The notes beneath the pieces are model-generated. The model was not told where the DNA came from. It ran no database searches and saw only the letters and a program-made list of their open reading frames with translations. Shown here piece by piece: positions 26,093 to 38,388 of a stretch of DNA of 64,000 nt (position 1 is its first letter; every line of letters starts with the position of its first letter). The stretch spans positions 7,936,001 through 8,000,000 of the forward strand of contig CM114271.1 in assembly GCA_050084515.1 (NCBI GenBank). The letters run 5' to 3'. The stretch is from Blasia pusilla (lineage: Eukaryota). The position numbers and the translations under genes are program-made.

Positions 26093-28204
26093 GAATTTGG
26101 ATTAAGAGCCCTTACCCGAACTTGACTCGTCGCCGATCGGAGTGGATACTCATTCTTGATGACCCATGATTGCGTCGTCCTCCACTTCAGCAACCTCTTC
26201 ATGCACTGATGGTTGAAGAGCTCGTCCTTGCTCCCTCCAGTCAAGACCAAGAAACAACCCCTGTCACTCAGATAAGCGTCAACAAAAGAAAACAAGAGCG
26301 CGATCAGGTGATAGGTAAGAGGGACATTCCAGTATAAGACAGTGTCAAGGATTGTTTTCCCACAAGCAAAACCCAGAGGGAAAATCTATGATGAGGAGAT
26401 CCAACGCCACCTCCTCAACCACCCCATGGATCGTCTAAGGAGTGTGCCCGTTTCGTTGAAGTTTTCGTCCCAGCATGGTCAATTTGTCGATGGCGGGTGT
26501 CGACTCCTGGGAACTGAAACTTTGCAGCTCATCCACAAAATTCTTGAAGTGAATGAGGACATTTTTCTTGGTCATTGTTTCTCTATGTCTTCCCAAGGAT
26601 GATGGAGTATATTCCACATCCTTATATGCTCCTCGGGATGAACCACGCGCCTCCCGCTTTTGCTTCTCCTGAGTCTGCAGTCGGCTTGTGGGGGTCTCTA
26701 TAACTTCAGACTCGACTAGAGTTTTCTTGGCGGAGGACCCGGTCCGGCCCTCTCGCCCCACTCGCCCGGACGATTCCGCCTCTCACCTTGAGGTCTCAGC
26801 CTCTTTTCTGGACGAGTCGGCCTCGGAATTCTTAGATCCCCTCGCCTTTCCTTTCAGACCCGCTGTAGATTTGTCCTTGGCGGTGAATACCTTGGAGACC
26901 AACTCCGCTGTCTCGAGGGTTTGCTCCTTTGCATCTCCTTCGAAAAAATCTTCAAGCTGCACGAAATTCAGAATGTCGTCCCTAAACGACCACTGCATCA
27001 TACACCTGGCGTAGATTTTTTTCGGTTATGTCCTCAGGGTCGTTGAAGTCCAACCAGATTGGGCAATTTTCAACCTCCCAATCGGACATGCCCTGTGCCA
27101 TCTCCATGTCGTACATGGAAAATTCCTCTCCATTAGGCGGAGAAGCCCACAATTTGCAGGATGCTGGTATTTTTTGCCAGGTACTTGCATTCTTACAATT
27201 GATGAGGTATCTATACACCATTCGTTGGGTAGCTCTTTGTCGAGATGAATCAGCCCCCTGCTCCTGAAGATCCCGCTTCTTCTTTGTGAAATCTCTTTGT
27301 TTGGCCTCAATTTCTTCATCCAGGCCTGCTTGAGGGAGGATGTGATTCTTCAACATCATCCTAAAGCTTGGGTTTTTCGTGGGCTTGTCTCAGATGTCAT
27401 CAAGCCATAGTTCAAAATCTTCTGCACTCTCGAGGTTTGCTTCCTCCGGAACTGGCTCTATCTTCTTCAGCTCCGCGCGAAGACCCACAAGCATGGACTT
27501 CCCGAGAAGCCGCAACGCGTCCCAGAATGACCATTCACGTAGCCAATGGGAGATCATTGGATCATAAACTCCCGAACGATGGTGTGCCGCCCTCTTTTGG
27601 GCCTCTGTGCCCTTGAGATTGATTTTCATCGATCGGATTCTCCTAAACTCGGAAATTCCAGACAGTGCAAATCTGTGAATGCGGTCCAAAGATACTTTCT
27701 CGCCAATCCAACATTGGATCTTCGTCTCTCTTCTGCTGGCGCTTGATTATCGCCTTGAGCTCCTTGTAGAATTCCGGGCCACGTTCCGAGTTCAAAATGG
27801 CAATGTTGTGCTGCATCTAACTTGCACTGTACTTCGTAGCTGCAGATACTACAGCCTGGATAAACTTTGCACCTTTAGACGCAGACACGTTCTCCCTTCG
27901 CTCCAGTTCCAATGAAGCACTCATCTTGACGGCCTGGATCTTCGACCAACAAAGGATTGTGACGGCTGTATCTTGGGAAATGAAGGTATTTGCCCAAGTC
28001 TTCTTTTTAACTTGAGCCCCTTTTGCCAGCATCTCATTTACCAGATGGTCGCCCAAGAACCCCTTGTTCTCTGTCGGGTGCATCGTAAGCACCTTTTTCA
28101 CCCTCTCGCAATCCTGGATCCAGTGGTGGGTGACGTTCCCCTTGGATATAATCTTGCACATCCAAACTGTCGCGCCCCTACTCTCCTTGAACGTCAATCT
28201 TTAG

Positions 28205-29165
28205 TGTTGCGAAGCATACGTTCACTAGGTCACGATCTCATCGCCGATCTGTACCCAAACACGCACTCTCATTAGTCGGGTCTCGCCAACCAGCGTTCCA
28301 ACCCACCGGGTTCTCAACTCGGCGTCTCATCAAGCTCAACCTTCCTTAGTTCCGAGTTTCCAAAACATGGCAAGTCCTTCAAGACTTGGAACAGACTTCC
28401 TGGTTAGTCCAGAGATCTGCAACGGCACCCGCACGCCTAGCGATCCCAACTGTTCAACGGTCCTCGTGTGAGTTCCAAACCAAGACCCAATTAATTGAGT
28501 CGCGGGGTGGAATCCAAGAGGGATGTCTAAAATCACCTCAATAGACTTGGTGCAGGTTTTCCAACCCAACCCCCAAACTCGCGTTCCGTTCCATGCCCTT
28601 GAGCCGCCCCACGGCGCCCAAAGTGGGGTTCAGGTTCCAAGCACTCTCGGAGACCTTCCCCCTTACTAGTACTTCTGGGTTTCTCCACACCCCCCTTTTG
28701 GAAAAGGAGGGTCGGGCCCTTCATTGTGGCCTTCAACCCGACTCCACTTATAGTCGTTTCCGGGTTTTTTCTCAGCCACTGCTTATGCGTTTGCAAAGGT
28801 CTTTAGTGCATTTGAACTGGCTTTCCACAAGCTTTCCAACGCACTCTTATTCAATCCAAACGCATCTTGGCGCTAAAAGTTATGGTTAAAAATACAGTCG
28901 GAAACTCTCAAACGCTAGTGGCGTTCCAAATCCGGATTCTTCCTTTTGGCAACCCACTTTCTAGACTCGACTTCTTTCAAGTCTCATTCCACGTTTGGTC
29001 CAGGTTTCTTGGTCGCGACCACAACATCTGAAACACGAAGCCTCGCTCGCGTCTCGTCTCTTGTCTCCTCTTCGAGACTACTCCAACGCGCAAACCATCT
29101 TAGCGTGAACCCGCTAATGTTCTGATGTTCCGCTTGGCACTCGTTTGGTCATGAGGGTCGCGACA
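28205..29165. mobile_element. Solo LTR (~960 bp)
   Basis: TG...CA ends with inverted termini TGTTGCGA / TCGCGACA. Absent from copy 1. No matching TSD. Confidence 0.6.
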
Positions 29166-29199
29166 CAAATACACGCTAAGAATTATTGCAAGCTACAGG

Positions 29200-29905
29200 G
29201 TTCCTGCAACCCGTCGAACTCCAACTGGTCGCAACACATGGTTGTCAAAATATAAGCACAGAGAAAAATATTGCAACCCGTCAGGGTTCGACAGGTCGCA
29301 ACACCTTTTTTTCTGTTACACTTATTGCAACACTCACGCAAATTTTTAGCGATAATTGCAACCCATCGGAGTCCGACAGATTGCACCCGGATTTATGATT
29401 GTCTGATTATAACCCGTCAGACTCTGACGGGTTGTAACTCAGAGAATGGTTTCCGAAAAAAAATTGCACATATCAACCCGTCAGAATCCGACAGGTTGCG
29501 CAATTTTTAGTATAGCTGGAATTGGACGCCTAAAAGCAAGCTCTCCTACTCCGACCACCTACCCGTGGTGGCAAATGCAACCTGTGGGAGTCCAAAAAGT
29601 TGCTTTCGGCCAAAAACATCCCAAAAATAGCGAACAATCCATCAACTCATCAGCAACTCGTCAGACTCCGACGAGTTGCTTTAAGGCGTCGGATGATTTG
29701 TTACAACTAGTTTAACAACTCGTTGGAGTCCAACGGTTTGCATAACATATACATCATGCACTCATTTTTACACCCGTCGATGGTGAACTCGTTTCGATAT
29801 CCCGGCTTTCTCTGGTGTGCTTGGCCACCAAGAAACCCGTCGGACTCCGACGGTTTGGTTGAAGCTTTCCAATTATGCAACCCGTCTGACACCGACGGGT
29901 TGAAG
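29200..29905. repeat. Palindrome cluster in an accessory-gene intron (copy 2)
   Basis: Same intron as 14465-15226. Confidence 0.9.
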
Positions 29906-31499
29906 CAATCAAAATTAAGGAAGAGGAAACTTACGTATTCATGGCATGCATTACCATTTCCACCGTTGCCATGTGATGAGGAAATAGATGGAGGACGACT
30001 GCCTTAACGTAAAAATGTGCCTCCAATGAATTTCGGCGATCCTCTACAAACTGGGTCCACGCCATGTACCTGTGGTTTCCATCCCAGATGAAGAAGTAAA
30101 GGTTCCGCATCCAGCTAAATTGCGTCTCCTCAATCGCCCTTCTGAACTCCTGATCTCTCATCCTCCAAAATGTATTGAGCGCTTCCAAGTCCTCTTCCGT
30201 CACCAGCGCTTGGGTTCCATGTTCATCGTAAGGCTCAACATAGAACGGAGGGAAGTTGTCGACGTAGGATGTTGTCGCTGCCAACTGTTTCAACTTTGCA
30301 ATATCCTCCTCCGATTGAATTTCACAGACGTACTCCATTGTCCGCAATCGGCAAAGTGGAATTCTTGGGGCATTTTGGCCCTCCATTAGTGCCATCTGCT
30401 TAACAACCTGCCACAATGGGGACCAAGTCAATAAACTACACTGTTTTGCCAATAAATTTCCTCATGGGCCTTCACATAACTCAAACGTTTCTTACCTACT
30501 CAAAGATTGGGTCGGTGTCTTGGCCCGCCAAGTGCTCTAGGACAGCAAGTGGCAAGTCCACATGAAACTCATCGATCCGATAAAGGTTGATTTCTTCGGC
30601 CGGGCTCAAAGACGAGGAAGATTGTTCTCCTGCTTCTTCAGAGATGTCCACCATCTCCACGCTTGCCATCCTCATGACCTCATCGTCCGTCACTTGAACT
30701 TCGGCCGTTTCCTCAACCGATTTTATATTCATGGTGTCCCCAAACTTCATCGGGAATATTTCCTCCATCTCAACACTCTCTGTTGGACGGGCAAGGCTTT
30801 CTTTGATGGCAATTGCTTTTTCCCTTCGAGCTTTTGCCAATTCTGCTCTCCTCACATACGCGTCTAGACGCTTTTTCTCACGTTTCTCGTCCGCGACTCT
30901 TTTCTTCAAGGCGTGCGATGATTCAGCCTCGGCGTTTTGTTTTTCAAGTGCCTCTAGAACATGTTTTGCAAGAAGCTCATGCATGTGCATATTTGCTTCC
31001 CTTTCCTACTCCTCTATCTCTTGCTGCCTTATCTCATTGGACGAACGAGGCCCTGGAGATGGTAACGCAGGAGTCCTCATGGACTTGGGAGTGATGCTCC
31101 CTACCTTGCTTGCTTGCATTTTTTTCCTCATCATGGTTCCCGTCAATGCTTCCTCCTCGACAGTCTAGACTCTTTCTGTGCACGAAAATTCCCTCAAATG
31201 GTCTCGCGATGAATCGCCGTGACCCTAGATTGTGCACGAAAATTCCCTCGAATGGTCTCTCGATGAATTTCCGTGACCCTAGACCGCCGTGACCGTTTCG
31301 TGATGAAGCGCCCTCATCCTCCTCACCCCCCTTGGTATCTGGTCAGCTGCTGCGCGAAAGAGCACATGAAATCGCGAAACGAAAAATGGAAGTGAGCGAA
31401 ACCTCGGATATTTATACTTTTTGAGCCATTGAGCTTACCGTTGGGTTGCATTGTCGTACTGATGGCGACGTGTTGGCCGTTATGGAACTTTGGACGTGG

Positions 31500-32372
31500 G
31501 AACCCGGCCAACCCCACGGTCTCTGACGGGTTGCAAGCTTCCCGCATCTTGGGGATCCAGGGCGAGTTGCCCAAGAAACTTGTGCGAGACCCATGGGTTG
31601 CACGCATCCGTCCTCCTCGGGTAACAAGCCGAACTACACTGGCAACCCGTTGGAGACCGACAGGTTGCACGCCTCCCCCGTCTTGGGGTAACAACGCGAG
31701 GGACCCGCGCAACCCGTCGGAGACCGGGGGGTTGAACATCTCCCCCGTTTTGGGGTAACAACGCGAGCTACCCGCGCAACCCGTCGGAGGCTGACGGGTT
31801 GCACGCTTCCTTCATGTTGGCATTCCAAGGCGAGGTACCCGTGCAACCCGTCGGAGGTCGACGGGTTGCACGCTTCTCTCATCTTGGGGTTACAAGGAGA
31901 GGCACCCGGGCAACCAGTCGGATACCGAAAGGTTGCACGCTTTTCTCTCCCTCAGGTAAAAATGCGACAAAGCATAGTTCCAAGGCAACCCGTTGCCCTC
32001 CGATGGGTCACAAGGTCTACCCGGAGTTGGACACTTCCCAACATACGGCAAAACTACACTCACGGTTTGCACGGTTAATTGACTAAGAGAAATCGACTCG
32101 AGATGCAAAAGGAAAAGCAAGGTTAGGTACCTTTGGATCCCGTAAAAATCCCCAACGGGTTGCTGTAGCAAATCCATGCGAAGTCTCGTGTTTGATGTTA
32201 GCAATCTCGACTCAAATCACATTGGTCAGAAAAGAAGGGGGTATCAACCCAACGGACTCCGACGGGTTGCAACTCGCATTGGGACACTAACAAAAAATGA
32301 AACTCTGAGCTTCGCAACCCACGTATTTGATTCCCAAATTCTGCAACCTATCGGACTGCGACAGTTCCAACA
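31500..32372. repeat. Palindrome array in the divergent intergenic region
   Basis: Tandem ~65-67 bp units, each with a palindrome (..cttggggtaacaacgcgag..cccgcgcaacccgtcgg..). Confidence 0.9.
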
Positions 32373-32556
32373 CGATTGAATCCATTCCGTCAGAAAATCT
32401 CACCTACCAAACAGCATCTTGTCAGTCAAATTCTGTCAGGAGAATCTAAGTCGCTATTCACTATATATTAAACATTCTCATTCACATTCTCATTCTCATT
32501 CCCATTCTCATTCTTATTCTTAATCTCAGTCTCCTCCCGGTGGAATCTTCTCGAAT

Positions 32557-35500
32557 GGATAATTATGTGAAGCTCACTTGTGGCAGTCATCGAGCGGCCC
32601 TTCCTCAATCAGAAATAATTCGACCATAAGCTTGTGAGTCTTTCATACCAATGGATGAAAATTTTCTCTCAGTTCGATTTCTTCTCCAAATTGGAACCAT
32701 CTTTGTGTCCAAGGATGTTAGGGTGGACAGTACAGAGGACATAATAGGTGAGACAGTCAAGCCAGTGATTGCTGACCGTAAAGTATGGAATCTCCTACCT
32801 CTAGCAAACGATCAATACAGAGTTTACGGCTTGCCTCTGAATTTCTCTGTTTCCCAAGTAGATGGTCGAGAATTTCCTAGTGCACCGAGCTCTACGTTTG
32901 CAACTCTGAGCTCAATAGATCCGGCATCGACTCCAACTTCACATGTTCGTAACAATGTTGTACTTCCTGAAGACATTCCGGATGTCGTCAACCTCAGCCT
33001 ACTCGTTCCTCTTACGAGTATCAGGCAATAGTTTGCTATCGTCTCTGCCCTTTAAAATTTTCAAGCACATTCTTGTCGATGAGGTGCCGCCCACGTACGA
33101 TGGTAATTGCATTTTTGAGTTGCCTCCACTTGCTGCTCCTGCTCAAAAGAAAGATGGTGGACGCTTGAGGGGTATGGACAGAAAGTCTAATTGTCATCGA
33201 TGGTGCAGGCTTCAACGGACTAGTGCTTCAATTCCAGATGGTCCTTGGATTGTCTCCTGCCGCCAATTGGTTGGAGCCTTGGAGTGTAGAAGTCCAGCAT
33301 GCCCGTATCTAGAGCGCAATGGGTGAGTCAATACGTCGCAATTCCCCCCCAAGAATGCAGAAACTCCACATGAGGTCGGTGTGACCATACCACTGGGAGG
33401 CCATCGATGTCCTCATTGTCAAGCATTCCCTTTCTGCGTTGGAGCGTGTCATGCATACATATTTTTCATTGTCCACGACTTCAGTTCTACGTCAGAGTAC
33501 ACAAGGCTGGCAGTTCATGTTGGCTCCCACACTCATCCTGTGACCGGTGCAGAACTTACCAAAGGATCCAAGACTTATGTCTTCAAAATGTCAACGACAG
33601 GACCATCGAGTGGCCTCGATCTTATAGATCGAATGAGGGAAGGGGAAGATCCTTACGACAACTGGATAAGCTTTGATATTTGCTACAGAGTGCTGAATGG
33701 ATGGTTGACCATGGGTGCTCACGTTTATGACCATGTGGAGAAGGGACTCAAAACTATATTTTTTTGTGAAGTAAAAGTAGAAGAGGTTGGCAGTTTGAAG
33801 ATGTGTTGGTTACTCTTTTTGGAGGTGGTGAAGGAAAACAAAAGGTCACCTCTGGAAATTTATGGGTTCATGGCGGACAATGCACAACCTGGGTGGATTG
33901 CTATCAGGGAAGTGTTCTGGGGTGGAGAGGTTCAACCGGAGAGGGAAAGGTCGGATGCTTTCCATTGGCAATAGTCTGTGACCCGGTACACCAAATCTTG
34001 CATCAAGGAGAATAAGAGGACAGAGCATGTCACTCTACTCCAACGCTGCAAGGACATCAAAACCTTGAAACAGGCCATGGAATGCCAAGAAGAACTTCAT
34101 GGGTGGTGGAGGAAGCATGCGCTTGAGGGGAAGTACAAAGAGTTGTGCTCTTGGCTGAGTTGGTGGACTGTACGAATCAGACAGTGGGGAAACTTCATGC
34201 GGCAGGTGAGTTCACTATTTCGTCTTGTCAAGCTCAGGTTGAGAATTATTTGAAAAGTTGTAGCTCAAGATGAGAAGCGTGGGCACTATAGGGATTTCAA
34301 ACCGAAGAAACCAAGCAACTTGTCGGATGCGACAGATTGCCCGGGTGTGCAACCCGTCGGAAACAGACAGGTTGCATCAAGAATCTTGGTGCAACCCGTA
34401 TGCAAGTCGCATGTATACAAGGCATGCAAATAGTTCGACCCGGATGGGTTTCGGATGACTTGCACTTGGATCTTCTAGCCCAGAGTGGCCATAGGTTCTT
34501 GCAACGTGTCAAAATTCGACGGGTTGCAGTAGGTGGTTACTGGGTATTGCAACACGTTGGGACTCGATGGGTCGCAGAGTCATTCATGGGATGCCTTTGA
34601 CTTGCAACCCGTCTGGTTCCGATAGGTAGCTTTTTTCTCTGACTTTGGAGCTATTTTGGTTCCCTTCTCACATTGCCGTCGTTGCAGGGATTGAACATTC
34701 ATGAAAATGTCCGCTGCCCCAACACGAGTGGAGCAGAAAATGTTCATTCCTCCGAGAGGTCATCACAAGCATGCCAAAGAATTTCCCTTGTGGAGGCATG
34801 CCAACAAGACCATGCAAGAGCAATGCTACAGTTTGCAGCATCCCATATCTTCCTCACAAAAGGCATAACGAAAGGAAGGGGGCCTTCGATGTACCTCTAT
34901 GTCAAGGCCGTTGTGAGATTGGGTGATGAGAAACTCTATGTGGAAGCCTTCAATTGGTGCGTAGCAGGAACTCCCCTTGAGCAAGACGTACACATTGGTG
35001 GGGATATTCGTGGGCGCGTTTCAAGACGTCCCATACAGATGGTGGTAGAACAATCCGAGCGAGACTCGTGGAGACCAGATAAGTATCTTGACTTCAGGCA
35101 GGTGAAGAGGCAACATCGAGGAACAAACCCGGTGATTGATTTGGATGAGGAAATCACGCCGCCCAGGTATTCGGAGACCCCGGATTCCTCCCAAATCTGT
35201 GATGCAGTAACTTCTCCAAAATCAGTGAATGTTTTATTTCAAAAGCCCTCCGTTGCTGGAAGTTCACAACATCTGGTCGTTGGGATGGTTCAACAATATG
35301 GGATTCCGGTCATTGAGGTAGATTGCAACCTCAAATGGTGGCATTTATCTCAGAGAAACCCTGGATATGGACCCACTTGCAGGGCAGGATCTGATGGCAT
35401 TAGGAGAGCATGCGGCACTTTCCTAAATAAGAATTGTACAAGGACTAGACGACCATTGCCTGGATTTTGGGGACTCAAAACCTTTGATCGTTTCACGAGG

Positions 35501-36179
35501 ACTAGGGATCAATTGAAGTACTTCTTCTGCCCAAATGAATCTTCCACTTTTTGGAAGTCTTATCCGGCTGCCATTGGAGCTCCAAGGAATACCCCCATGA
35601 TTTGGCCCATTTCCGCAGGTACGAATTGCACTCAAGACGAAGTGGACAATCTTACAAGTGTCGGTTTCAAACTCGTAGATGGAGGAAGTTTGGAGCATGT
35701 TTGCATTACAAAGACCTTCGCATTTCATATTCAACCCTGTCAACATGTACCCGGAGAAGGTGGATGATCTCAATCCACTATTTCTATTTGAGTCTAGAAA
35801 TGGGGTGAAGAGAAACAGAATGTCCAGGCCAATGGTGGAGAGAGCAAAGTAAATTGCATCAGCTCGGGAGGCAAAAATGGAGATCATCGCCACGAAGGAT
35901 GTCCAGAGTGGCAATGGAATAGGAAGGATGTATTTGGTCAAGAACAACACTATAGATTCAAGTGTCACAGGGGTGTATGTGGTGCACATCTGTTGCTTTC
36001 CCACATGTTCATGTGATGACTTTGTCCAAAGAGAGACAAGTGGGAAAAGGTATTTCCCTTGTAAGCACATGTACTATGTGTTGCTTGTAGTTTTAAGAGA
36101 GTCGGAGGTAGGAGTAGGAATCCACCAACCAATTTTGTCCCTCAAAGAAGTGCAAAGTATTTTAAACAAACCACTTTGA
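32557..36179 (+). pseudogene. Mutator-like transposase copy 2: N-terminal GCM/WRKY-like Zn domain, DDE core, C-terminal SWIM finger
   Basis: GALECRSPACPY..CPHC..C..HVGSHTHP; WISFD; FMADN; DAFHW (CxxH position); TSGAENVHSS (E); CSCDDF..PCKH (SWIM). GT-AG intron 34206-34687. Confidence 0.8.
34313..34632. repeat. Palindrome cluster in the transposase intron (copy 2)
   Basis: Degenerate copies inside intron 34206-34687. Confidence 0.85.
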
Positions 36180-36599
36180 GGATGCAAAATGAGGTTTTAG
36201 ATTGTACTTTCATTTTCCAGAACCTTCACTTTGAGGTTGAACTCTATTAAGCCCAAGGCAAATGATAGATTTTTTCCAGACCTTGGATGGAAAAAGTGAT
36301 TGGTTCCACACTTATGATTCCACTCATTTTTCAGTTTTCTAAATTTTGTGCAATTAGCAACTCGTTGGACTCAGATGAGTTGCCAAAATGTGGAAGAGGA
36401 AAAACAATTGTGGGAGTGCTTAAGAACTTAGCAGAAAAGTGGAAAATAAATCACACAAAAAGTTTCCTCTCTTCAACCCAACGAAAACTCTCTTCTAATC
36501 ACAAGAAACTCTCTTAAAAAAAAGTATATTTTTTGGTTGAAGGTAGTTTCCTCTCTCCTCTCTCCTCTCTTCCTCTCTTCCTCTCTTCCTCTCCTCTTA

Positions 36600-38388
36600 C
36601 CGCACCTCCATTCTGGTCTAGAGGCAATGGCATTACATATCTGGGCACAAAACCGGACCTCGTCTTTTTTTCTGAAACACATGAACATGATTCCAACCGC
36701 ATTTCCAATATAGATGACTTCCAGGTTTTTTCTATCCACAACCCACTCACAAACAGCAAAAGAAAAGAACACGGTGGCCTAGCATGTTTGGTAGCACCAT
36801 GGTTACAACCTTTTGTCTCCATAGCCGACATTGATGAGGAGAAACACTTCCTCTGGATCAAGTCCACCAAAGAAGCGGGGTTACCAAAAGATCTCCTCAT
36901 TGTTGTTTGCTACTTCAGTCCCACTGTGCTCAAAAGAATTCCCGTATGAGGCTCTCTCTACATCTATTGAGCACCACATGCAGAGGGGAAATATCCTCCT
37001 AGTAGGAGATTTCAACGGGAGAACGGCCAACACTCAAGCTCCAATTTACATGTCAAACAACACCAACATGGAAGGGACTGATGCTCAGTCCGCTGATGGG
37101 TCTCTCAGAGAAGTATTCTTCCCACACATGCACCGCAACTCACTGGACAAGGAAAAAGAGCCAATGGAGAGAAACTTCTCCAACTTTGCTCAACACATTG
37201 TTTGGTACTCGCCAATGGCATGGCTATGTGGCCACAGTCAGGAGGTCGCACTTCCATTGGACACTCTGATTCCAACAGAGAAACATCGATATCAATGGTC
37301 GGCTACCTGATTGGGTAAGTACATCAACTACCACATCTGGTTTCCAATGTGCGGGTCACACCCGTTCTAGAATCTAATCATGAACCACTCTACTTTGACA
37401 TCATGGTCTCCAAAACCACCCCAGAGGCTGCAGAAAAATTAACCATGCCGACCAAATGTCGATACACTTTCCTTCAGGAAATGAAAGATGAACTCATCAC
37501 ACTCGTCAACAAGGCTCTTACAGAGTGCTCACCCACAATGAACACGACTTGGTTCAGCGAGATCCTACATTCAATGTTGCAGAAAAGTCCTACCTTTCCA
37601 TCTGTTGGAGGAAACACATTAGATCCACTTCTATGTTCTTCTCCCAACCCGGGTTTGACAAGGACTGCAAAGAGGCCCGCAAGGAGCTGAATCACCGGCT
37701 GAGGCAGAATCCACACTCTCCACACACTCAATTATTGCAAAAAACTTACAAATGATTGGTACGTAGGAAGAAACAAAAATATATTGCCATCAAGATCACA
37801 GAGTTCACAAAACAGATGAAATACCAATTGGCCAAATTCTGGAGAATACTCAAGAATAGACCGAACATCATTCCACTCTAGGATCTACAGATCTGGACCA
37901 CATATGGTACCCAACTTTACCACTCCAACACTGCCGCTCCCACCGACCCCTCGCCGAATGGGCTTCAGGATCTACCGGACCTCTTCACCATTCACGATGT
38001 CACATCAAGAATCAAAAGGCTACATAACAAACCAGAGGATGTCTTGAGGTGAAAGACTCAAATGTTCAAATTCGCAAGTGAGGCAATTGGTCCAACCCTC
38101 ACTAGAATGTTCAATACTGCAATTCAACAGGGCTTCCCCCCAGAATGGCAAATGAATACGATCTACCCGCTCTTCAAGGCTGGAGACCCAATGATACCAT
38201 CCAACTAGAAAACGATTATGGTGAGCTCCCTCATGGCCAAGTTGTACGGGCTACTGCTGGAAAGGAAAATCAGTGACTGGGCTGAAGAAAAGAAGGTGCG
38301 AGCCAGAGGACAAGCAGGTTTCCGACACTCACATAGCACCCTGGACCACCTTCTCACACTCCGGGTACTGATTGAAGAAACTTCCAAG
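36600..38388 (+). mobile_element. LINE ORF2 5' part (APE endonuclease + RT N-terminus), degenerate
   Basis: DLVFFSETH, GGLACLV, LVGDFNGRT, SNHEPL; PLFKAGD, QAGFRHSHSTLDH. Confidence 0.85.

Larger units (their letters stand above)
25152..31134 (-). pseudogene. MULE accessory gene copy 2: ParB/Srx-like domain + central domain + beta-class amino-MTase-like domain
   Basis: Exons ~31134-30496, 30407-29935 (WDGNHRYMAW), ~28200-26116 (LDLLIIDFPSG) and ~25780-25152 (EKSHALMQTLIELCSRPGDLVFDLVGLSRASIRGAWQSGRNILCLE, matching the motif X-I-II-III layout of beta-class N6/N4 MTases). Stops and frameshifts. Confidence 0.7.
24860..36530. mobile_element. Most complete copy of the palindrome-rich MULE (divergent accessory gene and transposase); termini not resolved
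   Basis: Head-to-head genes share the same palindrome family in their introns and spacer. No clear TIR or TSD found by eye, so boundaries are approximate. Confidence 0.55.

Noticed and set aside
25152-31134. Bacterial or phage contamination (ParB-methylase)
   Set aside because: The gene has conserved GT-AG introns and is interleaved with eukaryotic LTR, LINE and MULE sequences.
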